Shown: one piece after another, positions 23,807 through 36,243 of the stretch | How positions within the stretch are numbered: the first letter of the stretch is position 1 | Layout: the number at the start of each line of letters is the position of its first letter | Origin: Microbotryum violaceum | Taxonomy: Eukaryota | Assembly: GCA_001244265.2 (NCBI GenBank) | Contig: CDLV01000005.1 | Location: 930,001 to 994,000 of the forward strand | Length of the DNA stretch: 64,000 nt | Reading direction: 5' to 3' | The notes under the pieces: model-generated | The model's database searches: none | What the model was told of the DNA's origin: nothing | Seen by the model: the letters and a program-made list of their open reading frames with translations, nothing else | Made by a program: the position numbers and the translations under genes

Positions 23807-26176
23807 TCAGACACGCTCTTGGTACTCGACCGCACCCTTCTCCGCCTCGCCATCCAGACTTGGGTTCGATCGCGCGTCCTTGCCTTCGATCTTGGTGTGA
23901 CCCCTGGGTTCAAAAGCCGCCTTGGCGTTCTCGAAATGGGCCGAGTGGTCCTCGGAACCAAAGATGCAGCACAAGATGATCCAGGCCGCGACAACACCGA
24001 TGAGGATCGCCGAAACCTTGCCGTAGTCGGGTAGTCCGCTCTTGGTCTTGATGTTGGCGCCGGCGGTCGACTCGATCTGTGCTGAAGCGGAGGAAACCAT
24101 ATTGCCCAATTGGTACATGAGACTCGGGGCCGTGGCACGGAACGCGACCGGCGAGATCTCGGTGAGGTAGATCGGGATGACACCCCATGCGCCTTGGACA
24201 CCAGTCTGAACGAAGAAGGCTCCTGTGGGGTGGATCAATACGGCTACGTCAGTCATTGGAGCTTTCTAACCGGCAAAATCCTTCGTATAGCAGAACGCAC
24301 CGGCGGCAAGAGGGCCGAACTTGTTGGGCAAAAGCCACAGCGGGATCCAGAAAATTGTCCAAATGCAGCAAATGATGATGGTGATGCGGCGACCGAGGCG
24401 TTGCGAAACGGCTCCAGCTATCGTACCACCGACGATGGCACCGCAATTGCCGATGATGGTGGCGACCGTACTGTCGTGAGCGGAAAGACCTTTGCCCTTT
24501 TGGAGGTAGGTAGGGCTGTTGAAAAATTGGTGAATAGAGATGTTTAGCCCATAGCATCTAAGTGGGGGGAATATTGACAGAAATTCCTAACTTACTAGAG
24601 ATCCTGGGAACCGTGGGAGAAGAAGTTAAAGCCGGACATGAGGAGGACCTGAGGAGACAGATACCAACAAGGGTTCAGCGGGGTGTTGCGCAAGTGGCGT
24701 CTCACACGCGAAACTCACACCAAAGACGAGACGGCCCCAGTCCGTCTTGAAGGCGTGGCCGATCTCGCTGACGAAAACTTTGGACTTTTGTGCAGACGAC
24801 ATCTGGTGCCCACTAGCTTTCTCGGCCTTCTGTCGCTCGACGAAGTAGGTCGACTCCGGCACCAACGCGCGCAGCACGGCCGAACCGGCCGAGATTCCGG
24901 CGGCGACATAAAAGAGGACGCGCCAATCGTTGTAGTGCGGGACGACATAGAGGTTGAGAACGGCGGCAAACAAGTAGCTATGAATGGACGAAACAACAGG
25001 ATGGCGTCTGCGGCTCAGCAAAAGAAACCGGAGCAGCTCGTATAGTTGCGAACCCGGACTACTCACCCCACGGCGTAACCTGGAGTATCGAAAGGGACAG
25101 AGGAGGAAAATGAAAGGTACCGGAGAACGGTCAGCAAGCATGCACACGAATCGTCGAACGGCGTCGCAGACATCATTCGGCTTACCTTGCTGCATGATAC
25201 CACTGAAAAGACCACGGGCCTCGACAGGTAAGTTCTCCAAACCCAGAGAGGCAGCTTGACCCCAGATACCGCCCATGGCGATCTGTTGCATCAGAACAGT
25301 GGCCACGTTAGCTCCAAGGTCACTGAACCACTCATGAGAGACGAAGTTCGAGCAGCTCACACCAAAGAGCGACCGCACGGCCAAGAATTCGGAGAACGTT
25401 CGGACGAAGCCCGTTCCAAGGGAAAGGGCGGCGCAGACGAGCAGGTTGGCGATGAGCGGCCATTTGCGCCCGTAGCGATCGGACATGAGACCAAAAAAGA
25501 TTGCACCGAGGGGACGGAAGAGGAGGGCCAACGTGATCGAGGTCGTGATCTCCTTGGCCTCGTTGTTGAACGTCTTGGCAAGTCGAACGACGGTGAGCGA
25601 GACGGCGAAAAAGCTGCGCATCGGATAAACCGGACAGAAACTTTGCTCAGCACGCTGCGCTGTGTTGTACTACGGCGGCGGTAAATCCAGCCTGTGCAGT
25701 AGGACTCACTCAATAGCATCGCAAAACCAAGCGAGCCATCCACCTGAAGTAGGAAAAGTATCGTTCGGGTAGGGGCACCGATGTCAGTAAACAAGTCTCA
25801 TTAACAGAAGGCTGTCCGTGCTATTAGTAAATGCGTTCGGACGAGTCCGTTCGAGACAGGGTCACGCGACGACCACCGAATTGCTCTACTATGCGCGCGC
25901 CTCCGGCCACGGGAACTTACAGAGGAAGAAGGCCCATTGCAGCGCCGTCAGCGAACGGAAAAGGGTGAAAGGGTTCGTCGAGGCCTTTTTCTCTTGCTTC
26001 GGGGGAAGGCGAGGCAAGTTTGCGACTGTTGCATCACGCGTCGAAGCGGTAGTCAAGAGGAGCCGAGAAAAGCAGCGCGGTTAGCGAGCCTGGCGACGAG
26101 AGGTGGCGATGTGCCCGAGTGCGAGCACCAGGGCAGCCCAATGCAGCTTACCGATGTTGTTTACGAATCGATCCAT
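23807..26176 (-). CDS. JEN1: Jen1-family carboxylate:H+ symporter (MFS, SHS family); many exons
   Basis: Spliced GWLAWFCDAIDFFAVS, ITLALLFRPLGAIFFGLMSDRYGRKWPL, AMGGIWG, LENLPVEARGLFSGIMQQGYAVGY, HGSQDLYPTYL, QGAWGVIPIYLTEISP.AFRA...YQLGNMVSSASAQIE. Confidence 0.9.
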
Positions 26177-27861
26177 CTTGACGAAGCTGTCGAATGAAGG
26201 AGAAGTGGGTAGGATGGGATGGAGAGATGGAGAAAGAGAGGTGGAGAAAAGGGAGAAAACAGAGGAAGCCGAACTTGAAGGAGGACAGAGTTTCGAACTG
26301 GTTCATCCCGTCACTACTACTGCTGTAGGGGCCCCATCTCACGCATGCGTGGTCGGACCGCCATTTTCACCTCAGGCCAGCGTTCTGATTGGGCCGAGGC
26401 CGCTCGTACGCGTTCACAGTCGGGAATAATCCACGGCCGAGTGCTTGATCCCGTCGGCCCCCGGGTTTCCCCCCACCCCCCACCCGCTCCCTAAAGGAGC
26501 ATACTCGGCGCTAACCATCTTTTATTAGCGCGTTTTGGACCCGCCTCGCCCAATCGTATGAGGGCAAGACGCATGCCCGATGACGTCCTTTTCTTTTTCG
26601 GCCCTGTATTCCTGTATTCGAGCAGGGTTTTAGCCCCGTTCTTCTCTGGACGCTGGTCTTTTTACAGTTCGGGTCTGGCTTTGCTACGGTAGCAACCTCG
26701 GTTGCCTAGGCCCAGGGGCCAGTTGCCAAATGTCCCTTCCCACGATGTGTACCGAATGTGAGCAGCACCTCAAGTAAGTAAAGATACTGGCGCTTACCCT
26801 GTGTAGAGGCTTTTGATGTGCTATGCGCCGTCTGCAATGATGCGTCGCGTGGGCAATGCTATCCACCGAGCTGCTGCTTGTAACGGGACCGCGGAGATCT
26901 TTGGACGGGCCAGCGCACCGGTCATCCGCTTATTAGGGGCTTTGCTGGCGTGTTCACCGAGATCACGTACGTACGTCTAGTACGCCAGGTACACACTCCA
27001 ATGTGGCTTAGAAAGAAAACTCCAAAGGCAAAGTCCGGCATCTGGGCGATAACTGCCACGACGATCACAGTTTTTGGCAGCTCGCCCAGAATGATTGATT
27101 GGGTTTGGACGCTAGCGGCCTGTCGGGTCTCATCGATCTCATCAGTCACATCCACGGGGCTCTTGATCAGGTTTGTCGTCGAAGCGCGACATGAGCTTGA
27201 CTTGGTGCCCGGAGTAATCCCGAGCGAGGTTCGTATCGCTCGAGTCGGAGGTCATCGGTCGGAACGAATCGGGTATGACTACAGGGCTGGTTGGTCGGTG
27301 TCGGACGTCGGATAGCGCGCGATCATTCGGCAAATTGCGAAGAATTGAGCCAACTTTACCACTACTGCTGAGCTAGTTTTTTGGGAAGGGAGGGGGAGGG
27401 ATGTTGAGCTTGATCAATTTGTTGGTAGCTGAGAGCTGCACAGTCATTTCTGCGTAAATGAGCAGTACTGCCTAGTAGCGGGGGCAAGTGACCCAAAAAA
27501 TCCGAACCCTGACGTAAGTATCGATCTTGGTAGGCGAGAAGATTGCTTGTTGTAACATGGCAAGGCAGGACTTATTTCTACATAAGAAGCAATGCGAGTG
27601 TAATATATATGTCGGTGAAAGGAAAAGGAAGAACGATGGTAAGAAGTGCCAATGCTGTGGTGGGAGCAGACTTAAGGGGAGGGGTTTCGGACAATACGAA
27701 GTAAGTAAAAAAGGGGGGTGCCGGTGAAAACCGGTCCGCACAGAGATGTGCCCGACGTCATTTGGGATCGTCGAGTCGTCGAGTTCAGGAACAAGTTTAG
27801 GAATACTCATGGGCGTTTCGGAGGGGAAGCGTGCCAACTTACTCCTTGCGCACCACCCAAA

Positions 27862-30800
27862 TTAAGCGGCCCCGGCGGCTTGCGGAAACAGACCTGCGGG
27901 TTGGGTCGGAAAGTGAAATGCGCTAAGCGTCAGCTCCTTCGCAAACCTCGATTTCACCCGATTCGACACCGTCGAGGACCACGAGATTATGTATGGTCTT
28001 ATCGGTTTCATCGTTGATCCAAGCATGTAACGCAATGTACTTACCGGCACGTCTTCGCATCACAATCTGTTGAGACCCCGCGGAGAGCGCAGTGCAATAT
28101 TATCCGTCAGCTCCGCGTCGGGACATCACGCAGCACAGCGACAGAGCGACGCATTGGGGATCGTGGAACCGACCTTGTTGATTATGGCCAAAAGGTCGGG
28201 CTTGCGCAATGGCTTTGTGAGATAATCGTCTGTACAATCGCAACGGCAGGAGTCTGAGGGTCAGCGATTGGCCGAAGAAAAAAAAATGGCGGCGCGCTTG
28301 TGCGCGTCGTAGCCTTCACTCACCCATGCTGTGTTGTGCGGAGCCGCCGTCAATGCCAAGCCATCGTCAAGTCAGCGTTCGGAAACCGTTTCTCGCACCA
28401 CAGAAGTTAAGAACCGCCACTGGATACGTACCCAGCCTCGATGCACTTCTCGCGGTCACCGAGCATAGCATGTGCGGTAAGCGCGACGATCGGTAGGCGC
28501 TCCAATCCATTCGTCTCTTCAAACCGTCGAATGATTTGAGTCGCCTCCATTCCACTCATCACGGGCATGCTAAGATCCATGAGGACGATGTCGTAGAAGC
28601 CACGCTTGACGGCCTCCAACGCGAGTGCACCGTTCTCGACGATCTCGACTTGGTGACCAGCGCTTTCGAGGAACTTCATCGCCACCTTCTGGTTCACGAC
28701 GTTGTCCTCGGCGAGCAGGACCTTGAACGAGGCATCGCCTCCCCGCTCGGTCGGGATGCGGTTGCTGGCCTCGAGCGCCGGCAATAAGGCGTTGCACATA
28801 TCCTGTGCGTTCGTCGGGGACTCGACGCAGTTGGCGACACCAAAGTCGAGGCAGTACTTGAGATTGAGCTGGGGGATCTGAGGGGTGATGAGCACCAAGG
28901 GGATGTAACGCAGATGGTCGACATCGCGCAGACCTGACACCACATCTAAGGAATCGACGAGCACCGTGTCGAAGTAACCCATCTGGGCCTGGTCGAGCAA
29001 TCGGGCTTCCTCGAGCGAGTCGACGACTGTGATCTCGAGCCCGAGTTGCTCGACGGACTCGATGACGCTCGGGTCGTGGTGCAACGTGTCGATGAAGAGG
29101 ATGCGCCGACCGGGGTGGGGGATGAGTGTCTTTTGTCGTACAGCTTCCAGATTCCATTCCCCAATCTTGCATTGGATGGTGAAATAAAAGTTGCTGCCGC
29201 GCCCGAAGTGACTCGTCACCCAGAGCTCGCCGCCCATCAGCTGCACGAGCCGCTTCGAGATCGTGAGCCCCAGACCCGTACCGCCGTACTTGCGCGTAGT
29301 TGAGCCATCGGCTTGGGCGAAAGTGTCGAAAATGAGGTTCAGCTTGTCGGGCTTGATTCCGATACCCGTGTCGCTGATGCAGAACTCGAGCTGGTACGTT
29401 TGCTCGTCGAGGTCGGCGGTTTGCAGCCGGCACGAAAGCGCGACCTGCCCTCGCTGCGTGAACTTGATAGCGTTACCGACGAGATTGGTGATGACTTGTC
29501 GCAAGCGGAAAGGATCGCCGACGAGCAGGTCAGGAATGTCCGATTCAACTGCATACATGAGGTCGAGCTTGCTCTGGGTCGCCTTAACAGCCAGTGTTTT
29601 GAGCACCCCAAAGACGGCGGATCGAACGCTGAAGGGGATTGTTTCGACAGTCATTCGACCGGCCTCGATCTTGGAAATATCGAGAATGTCGTCGATGATG
29701 AGTAACAATGAGTTGGCGAGGTTTGATACAATCATGAGATTCTCCCGCTGCTGTCGAGTTAACTCGGTCTCCAGTGTCACGCCTGTTAGGCCGATGATAC
29801 CGTTCATCGGAGTTCGGATCTCGTGCGACATGTTCGCCAAGAACTCGGACTTAGACCTGTTGGCTAGCTCGGCCGCTTCCCTCGCCATCGTGTTCTTCTG
29901 CAGACTATCGCGCAGCGAAAAGACCATCTTGTTGATCTTGGTTTTAAGCGAATCCATCTCTCCGCTGGCTTCGACTGTGACGAAGGAGCTGAAGTCACCC
30001 TCGGTCGCGGCCGCCGAGATCTGAGCGAATGCGCGCACTTGGGATGTCAAGTTCGTCGCCATCGTGTTGACGTTCGAAGTGATCTCCTGCCACGTCCCTT
30101 CGATGTTATCGACCTTGGCCGTCACACCGAGATTGCCTTTGGTCCCCACTTCGTGGGCCACGCGCGTCACTTCAGCAGCGAAGGTCGCCAAACGGTCGAC
30201 CATCGAGTTGATAGTATCCACCAGACGCAGGACTTCACCATCAGCGGCGATCGTCACTTTTTGACTCAAGTCACCTCGAGCGACGGCAGTGGTCGCTTTT
30301 GCAATTGACCGCACTTGATCCGTGAGGTTACCGGCCATTTGGTTGACCGAGTCAACAAGCGATTTCCATTCACCCGAGACGTTCAGCACGTAGGCCTGTC
30401 CACCGAGCTGTCCATCGATACCGACCTCCTTTGCGACTCGAGTGACCTCGGCTGCGAAGAGGCGAAGCGAGTTGACCATGTTGTTTACAGTTCGCTATAT
30501 AGGCGGAGGAAATGACGTTAGTATTGCCAGTCGGCCAGTTCCCTTACCCGTCGACAGGGTCACTTACCTTGAGATCTAGCATTTCACCCCTGACTTCCAC
30601 CTCGATCTTCTTCGATAGGTCGCCTTCCGCGACAGCTCTTGTGACGGTCGCGATCGACCGCACCTGATCGGTCAAGTTGCCAGCCATCTGATTGACCGAA
30701 TCGACGAGCGACTTCCATTCCCCTTGCACACCTTCGACATTCGCCGTTCCTCCGAGCTGCCCTTCGGTGCCGACCTCGAGCGCGACCCGTGTCACCTCGG

Positions 30801-32725
30801 CGGCGAATCGACGCAACTGCGCCACCATGTTGTTGACCGTCATCTTGAGGTCGCGAATCTCTCCCGAGGCACCGATGTTGACCGTCTTGGTGAGGTCACC
30901 CATTGCAACGGCTTTGGTGACGGACGCGATCTCACGCACTTGCTCCGTCAAATTCGAGGCCATGCGATTGACATTCTCCGTCTGTAAGAGATTGAGCGTG
31001 TGAGTGAGCGGCTATGTTCGAAGACATGCAGTGTTTGAAGTGCTTACCATTTCTCGCCATGTACCCTCGACGCCGTTCACCACGGCCTGGCCCCCTAGCT
31101 GACCCATTGTTCCGACCTCGAGGGAAACACGGGTGACCTCGGACGAGAACACGCGGAGTTTGTAGACCATGTCGTTGACCTGACATTAGAAATTCGTCAA
31201 AAATGGAAGCCTATACGTTCATTTCAGTCAGAACTCACCGTCTCTTTGAGGGTAGCCATTTCACCCTCGACCTGGGCATCGATCGTTTTCGACAAACTGC
31301 GCGCAGTGAGCTGTCAGCTTCGTGTTCGAGCTTCGAGCTGGTAAACCGGGTCGCAACTCACTCTCCATGGGCGATTGCGGACGTCACGATGGCAATGGAC
31401 CTGGACGGCAGGGAGAGGCAGTTGTCAGCCGGACGGAATGCCCGCCTCGGGCTGCCTTAGGGGTAGCTCACCGAACTTGAACAGTAAGATTGGTCGCCAT
31501 TTGGTTGACCTGTCAGAGATGGAAGCGTCAATGACCTGAAATGCTCTACGCGCAAACTTGCATCAACAAACCGTTTCAGTCACTGTATGCACGCGGAGAA
31601 AGGTGTGTCAACTAGATGAATCGTGCCACTAAGAGCTCGCATCCACGACTGACAGGTCTTCCAGGTCCCTTCAACCCCAGTTACGATGGCTTGACCACCC
31701 AATTGACCCATGGTTCCGACATCGAGAGACACGCGCGTCACCTCGGACGAGAAGAGCCGCAGCTTGAACACCATTTCATTGACGGTCTCCTTGAGCATCG
31801 CCATCTCGCCTTCGACCTCGGCATCGATCGTCTTGGACAAGCTGCGTGAGGGAAGCGATCGCATAAATCAGCAAACGAGGGCTTGAGCCTTGGAATCAAG
31901 TTCGACAAGTCGGGATTCGGAATACTGACTCTCCACGTGCGATTGCTGAAGTAACGACGGCGATAGATCTGAAGGAATCATGAGCACCATCAGCTCCCAT
32001 TCCTTTGGCAACAAACCCGAGGACCCCAAGCAGACTACGGACCTGACTTCTTCGTCGTGGGAAGCTTGGGCTCGATGCAATTCTTCGGCATGCAGCATCT
32101 TGAGGGCTTTGATCTGGATTTGGGCCGATTTCCGCACCTCTTCGACCGAGTTGCCCACGACGGTAACCGCTGCCCTCGACTTGGCCAACCTCTCCACGTC
32201 AGTGAGCTTGAGGTCGACCTCGTCGTCCTCGTCGTTCTCGTCGTCCTCATCCTCCTCCTCGTCGCCGATGCCGTTGTTGGCGGTATGGTCGTTGTTGTTG
32301 GTCTGTTCGTCCAGCTCGGCCGCGGCCTTCAGGTTGCGGATTGAGTCTGGCTTGGGCCCACTGTGACTCTCACGTGCCGCACTGACCGACTTGCGCGGGG
32401 CGCCGTTAACTTTCGCGCGCTGGAGCTGCAGTTGCTCGGCGATCCTCGACAGGCTGTCGATGATGTCGTCCGTCTCCTGGGGTTTCCCCTCGGGCAAGGC
32501 GGAGAAGGTTGCTGGAGCGGCATGACTGGCGCGTAGGTTGGCGAGATGATGCGCGAGCGAGGTCGGGTTCGCTTCGATCGAGGTCAGCAGCGAGAGCAGA
32601 AACGCCGGGAACGAGTGGATCGCGGTCGCAGCCGAGGGAGACGGCGACGATGCCGACAGCGTTGAGGAGGTGGGCAAGCTTATCATCACCGAACGCACCA
32701 CAGCTCCTCCATCCCCACAGCTCAT
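27862..32725 (-). CDS. NIK1: Group III hybrid histidine kinase (Nik1/Os-1/Tco1 type): ~5 HAMP repeat units plus a terminal HAMP, HisKA, HATPase and receiver; start uncertain
   Basis: Repeated ~92-aa units VRSIA.VT.A.A.GDLSK...[21 protein letters not shown]-box [17 protein letters not shown]-box [11 protein letters not shown]-boxes DTGIGI and GGTGLGL, receiver VLLAEDN...[10 protein letters not shown]...AGMDDYLTKP. The last exon ends [10 protein letters not shown]. Confidence 0.93.
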
Positions 32726-34680
32726 CGTGGTGGTCTTCGTGTTGAGGTGGCTGTGGTCGTCGTCGCCGCAGTTGCCGCTGTCCTGGTGCTGAGACTATCT
32801 GCTCGGAGGCTTTGTCTTGCCTCCGCGGTCGGTTCCAACTCGCAAAGGGGAGGGGGCCAGACGCAGCACGTTCGACGCTTGTCGGTTCACTCGCTCGTTC
32901 CAACGCCTCCACTGGCTCGGTACAGATACGCAACGCGTCTGCAGAGGAAAAGGGGCGATGGGTCTTCGAGCGGGTCGGCGTTTTCCTTCGCGAGATAAGT
33001 GGGGGGAGAATAGAAAAGGCGCAACAGCGCGTTGACGACAGTTTGATTCCCTCGGGAGCGCGCGCCAAAGCTCGCCCGTCCGAGCGGCGCAGCAGTACTG
33101 GTCGGCCAGGCACCCAGCCGCGACGACGTAGATCGTTTCATTTTACAGACTCCATAACAGCTCGCCCCTTTAGCAAGTTTCAAATCACGATCTAGGTGTC
33201 ATCTGGAGAAGAAAAAAACCAAGGAAGTGGAGAAAAATCTCACGCTCGGGCGCCTGGTGGGGAAGATCGTTTCCTTAGCACCGAATCAGGACTTAGCAAG
33301 TTAGTTGAGCACGACCTCCTTTTGTTGTGTTTCGCGCGCCAGTCGCACCGCTCGGTCAAACGCGCACCCGTTCGCCGAGAAGTTTTGAGTCGGCTTACGG
33401 GGGCGAAACGGGTGAGACCTCCAGGGATATCTCCTGCGAACCCCTGAAACCTTACCACGTTCATTATGAGGCGCGTCATACCATTCGTCTGTCTCTTTCA
33501 AAGGGAGTCTACGCCAGGATTAAGAACTGACACTGCACGCTGTGCGGCGTGTTCAATTAATAAAAAGTCTTTGGATGAGGAGCTCGAGCTCGCGCTAGAG
33601 AAGGAGCTGCTAGCTGCTGGCGGGCAGTGGTGACTGGTGAGGAAACTAATGGCCTCAGTGTCAGCTTGACGTGCCTGCACGGGCCGCGTGCGCTCCCGCG
33701 GTAAAAGGAAGACTAAAAGAAAATACCCCGAAATGGAGTCCAAAGCGATCTACGCTACCACAAGCTGCACCTGAACCCTGCCCAACGTGCGAGGTTGCAC
33801 CGCGTGCACTGCAAGCTATTTTCGAGATGTCGGTAGATCTTGCGTGGATAACGATGTCGCCCCGGTGAGAGTGAGTCGCGTGTTCATCTTGCTTGTCCTT
33901 CGTGGTCTCTGGCACTTGTTGACTCCTCAGTGTTGGTTCTCTCATGCTCAATTTCGCGAACACAAAACATTTTCGTTTTTCCGACTCTTGTGTTTGCTCC
34001 ACTTTGCCTTGGGCTCTACATTTTTGTACCTGCTAAAACGGTCGGACCGTTTCGAACGCCATGCACTAGTGGGACTGTTGACCGGCCGATGCCGAGATCG
34101 AGAGGGAGCCGTAAAAAAAAATCTGGATGCCGATCCATGCATGTATCACCGAGGCGATGCACAACCGATACTTGTGAATGAATGGGTACGTATACCCGAA
34201 AATAAGGAAGGGAGAAATAACATGGTACCATAGGTGCAATGCACTGGTCGCGCGATCTTACCCACCGCAGGACGCCGGTCGATCGGCTGGTTCTGGCGCG
34301 AGGGCAGTAGCTTGGCGCGCGGCTGTGATCAATCATACCGAAAAAGCTACCGAAATCATACCGACCACATTCGAAACAAGGCCCGTTGGCGCGCTCGGCT
34401 CTTGTTCTTGCACCGACGACACTCGAGCTCACCCAAATCGACAAGACCTCGGCGCGACTCCTCGCCGTTCAGCCATCAACGTCCTTAGGTGTTGCGGCTG
34501 TTATTTCCGTGCCGTTCCCTGTGGTCGTGGTCCCTGCCGCCAACGTCGTCGTCGTGCTTCTCTCTGCTCGAATCCGATCCCTCGGGTCGCGCTCTAGCGT
34601 GAGACAGCCGCAGCCGTGCGAGCGACCAAGCATCTGCTCCTCGTCCTCGCCCCTGTGCCTACCCAAGAGTGTCGCCCACA

Positions 34681-35457
34681 ATGGTCTACTATGTGAGCTT
34701 GGATGGAGCCGGTACATCCATCCACCACACGACGACTTTTCGACCCCCATCGTCGGCCGGGGGGGTCGCTGTGTGTGGTGGGCAGGCTACGACGTGTGCC
34801 TTTGTTGCGGGCGTTCGAACGAACCCGCAGCTCCGTACGCGCTCAACTGATCGCATTGCCTACTCTCCTCCCATTCCAGATCTGCCCGCAATGCCAGACC
34901 CGTTCCCCAACCTATGACGAGTCGATGCAACACTGTGCGTTTCATCTCCCACCAGCGTTGAGGCGTTTGTCGCAGCTTGGTTCTGTTTCTGCACCGCGCT
35001 GGCCGGCCGCTCTTGCCGAGTCCGGCGTCGAATCACCTTGGGTTCACAGTCTTGGCGGATGTGTGGGGGGTTGTTGCCCGTTCAGGGCGTCGGGCAATTC
35101 CTCAAGGGTGGCTTCGGGGAAACATACCAGGCAATGTTGAAGTTGACTTTTGACATGGTCGTTGTGTGAACAGACACAAATTGCACGGTCGTACGACCTG
35201 CCAACATCGACGCCTTGGGGCGACCGATCGTACCACCACCGGGTCGGAAAAGCGACGGCGACAAGGACAAGGACAGCGACGATCTACGGAACGAGGACGA
35301 GGCACACAATCCGTCGTCGCAGCAGCATCAGCAAACATACCAGACTCAGAGCGAGACCAAAGGAGACAACGCCACACGGGAAACTTTAGCAGACTCGAGA
35401 CCGGACGAATCAACGCACCCCCAGTCGCAGTCGGTGCAGGAACGGCAAGATCCGTAG
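34681..35457 (+). CDS. Predicted 116-aa microprotein with an N-terminal CCHC zinc finger (C-x2-C-x12-H-x3-C) and a disordered acidic tail; exons 34681-34692, 34880-34934, 35174-35457
   Basis: Canonical donors (GTGAGC, GTGCGT) and acceptors (TTCCAG, GAACAG) with consistent phases (0 and 1) give MVYYICPQCQTRSPTYDESMQHYTNCTVVRPANIDALGRPIVPPPGRKSDGDKDKD...ERQDP*. Confidence 0.7.
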
Positions 35458-36243
35458 TGCCGCACTCGGTTCCTCCTCCCTCTCACGGCACCAAGCTCGT
35501 CACGTATCATTCGCCCTTTCGCATTGTTCTCGTTATCGCATCTTCTACTTTTCGCTTTCGTCGGCTAGGCTACGACTTCTTTCCTGCTTCATGCGAACGT
35601 TCATCCAGAGTTCGGATGTTGTTTTTCTTTCCGTTCGGTTTCTCGTTTCAGTCTGCTCTCCTTTTGCGCTGCGTGAGTTGCATCGCTGATCAGCACGAGC
35701 CCTCTAGGCCCCAGTCTGACTCCGGCATTTCGCCATCGTCGTACAGGTGCTGGGTGGCAAAATTCTGCCAGTTTGTGGGCGACCGGCGTTGTCGCTAATT
35801 TCTCTTCCTCTTCCTGGTTTCCCCCGTGGTGGTACCCCGCTTATTTGTTGACCCGTGCGACGAGGTGACCGTTCACTTCGATCAGATGCACTCCGTAGCT
35901 TTCCTTTCCATCGCTCGCAAAGCAGAGGTTGGGAAACAAGTCGGTGCATTCGTTTCGATTGCACACTTGAGAGCTCTTGCTTATGTAATAGATGAGGCCC
36001 GGTATTTCTCAACTGCACTCCACGTGATGTTAATGTCGACAGTGTGCCCTACTTGTATGAGCATGTGTACCGACGCGGCCGAGCTATTAACGACAAAGCC
36101 CCGCATTGATAAGCCCTCTCGGAGTTGGTAATCGCGAATTGGAACCGCATGCGATGCCCACGCACCGGCTGATCTCGCCCTCCGAGTCCCCTCTTCTCTC
36201 TCTCTCCGTCAGATCCCTCTGGAACAAGACAATTGACTCGACC

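Noticed and set aside
26684-27840. Short ORFs between JEN1 and NIK1
   Set aside because: They show no recognisable motifs or coherent splice chain. I treated the region as JEN1 promoter and NIK1 3' sequence.
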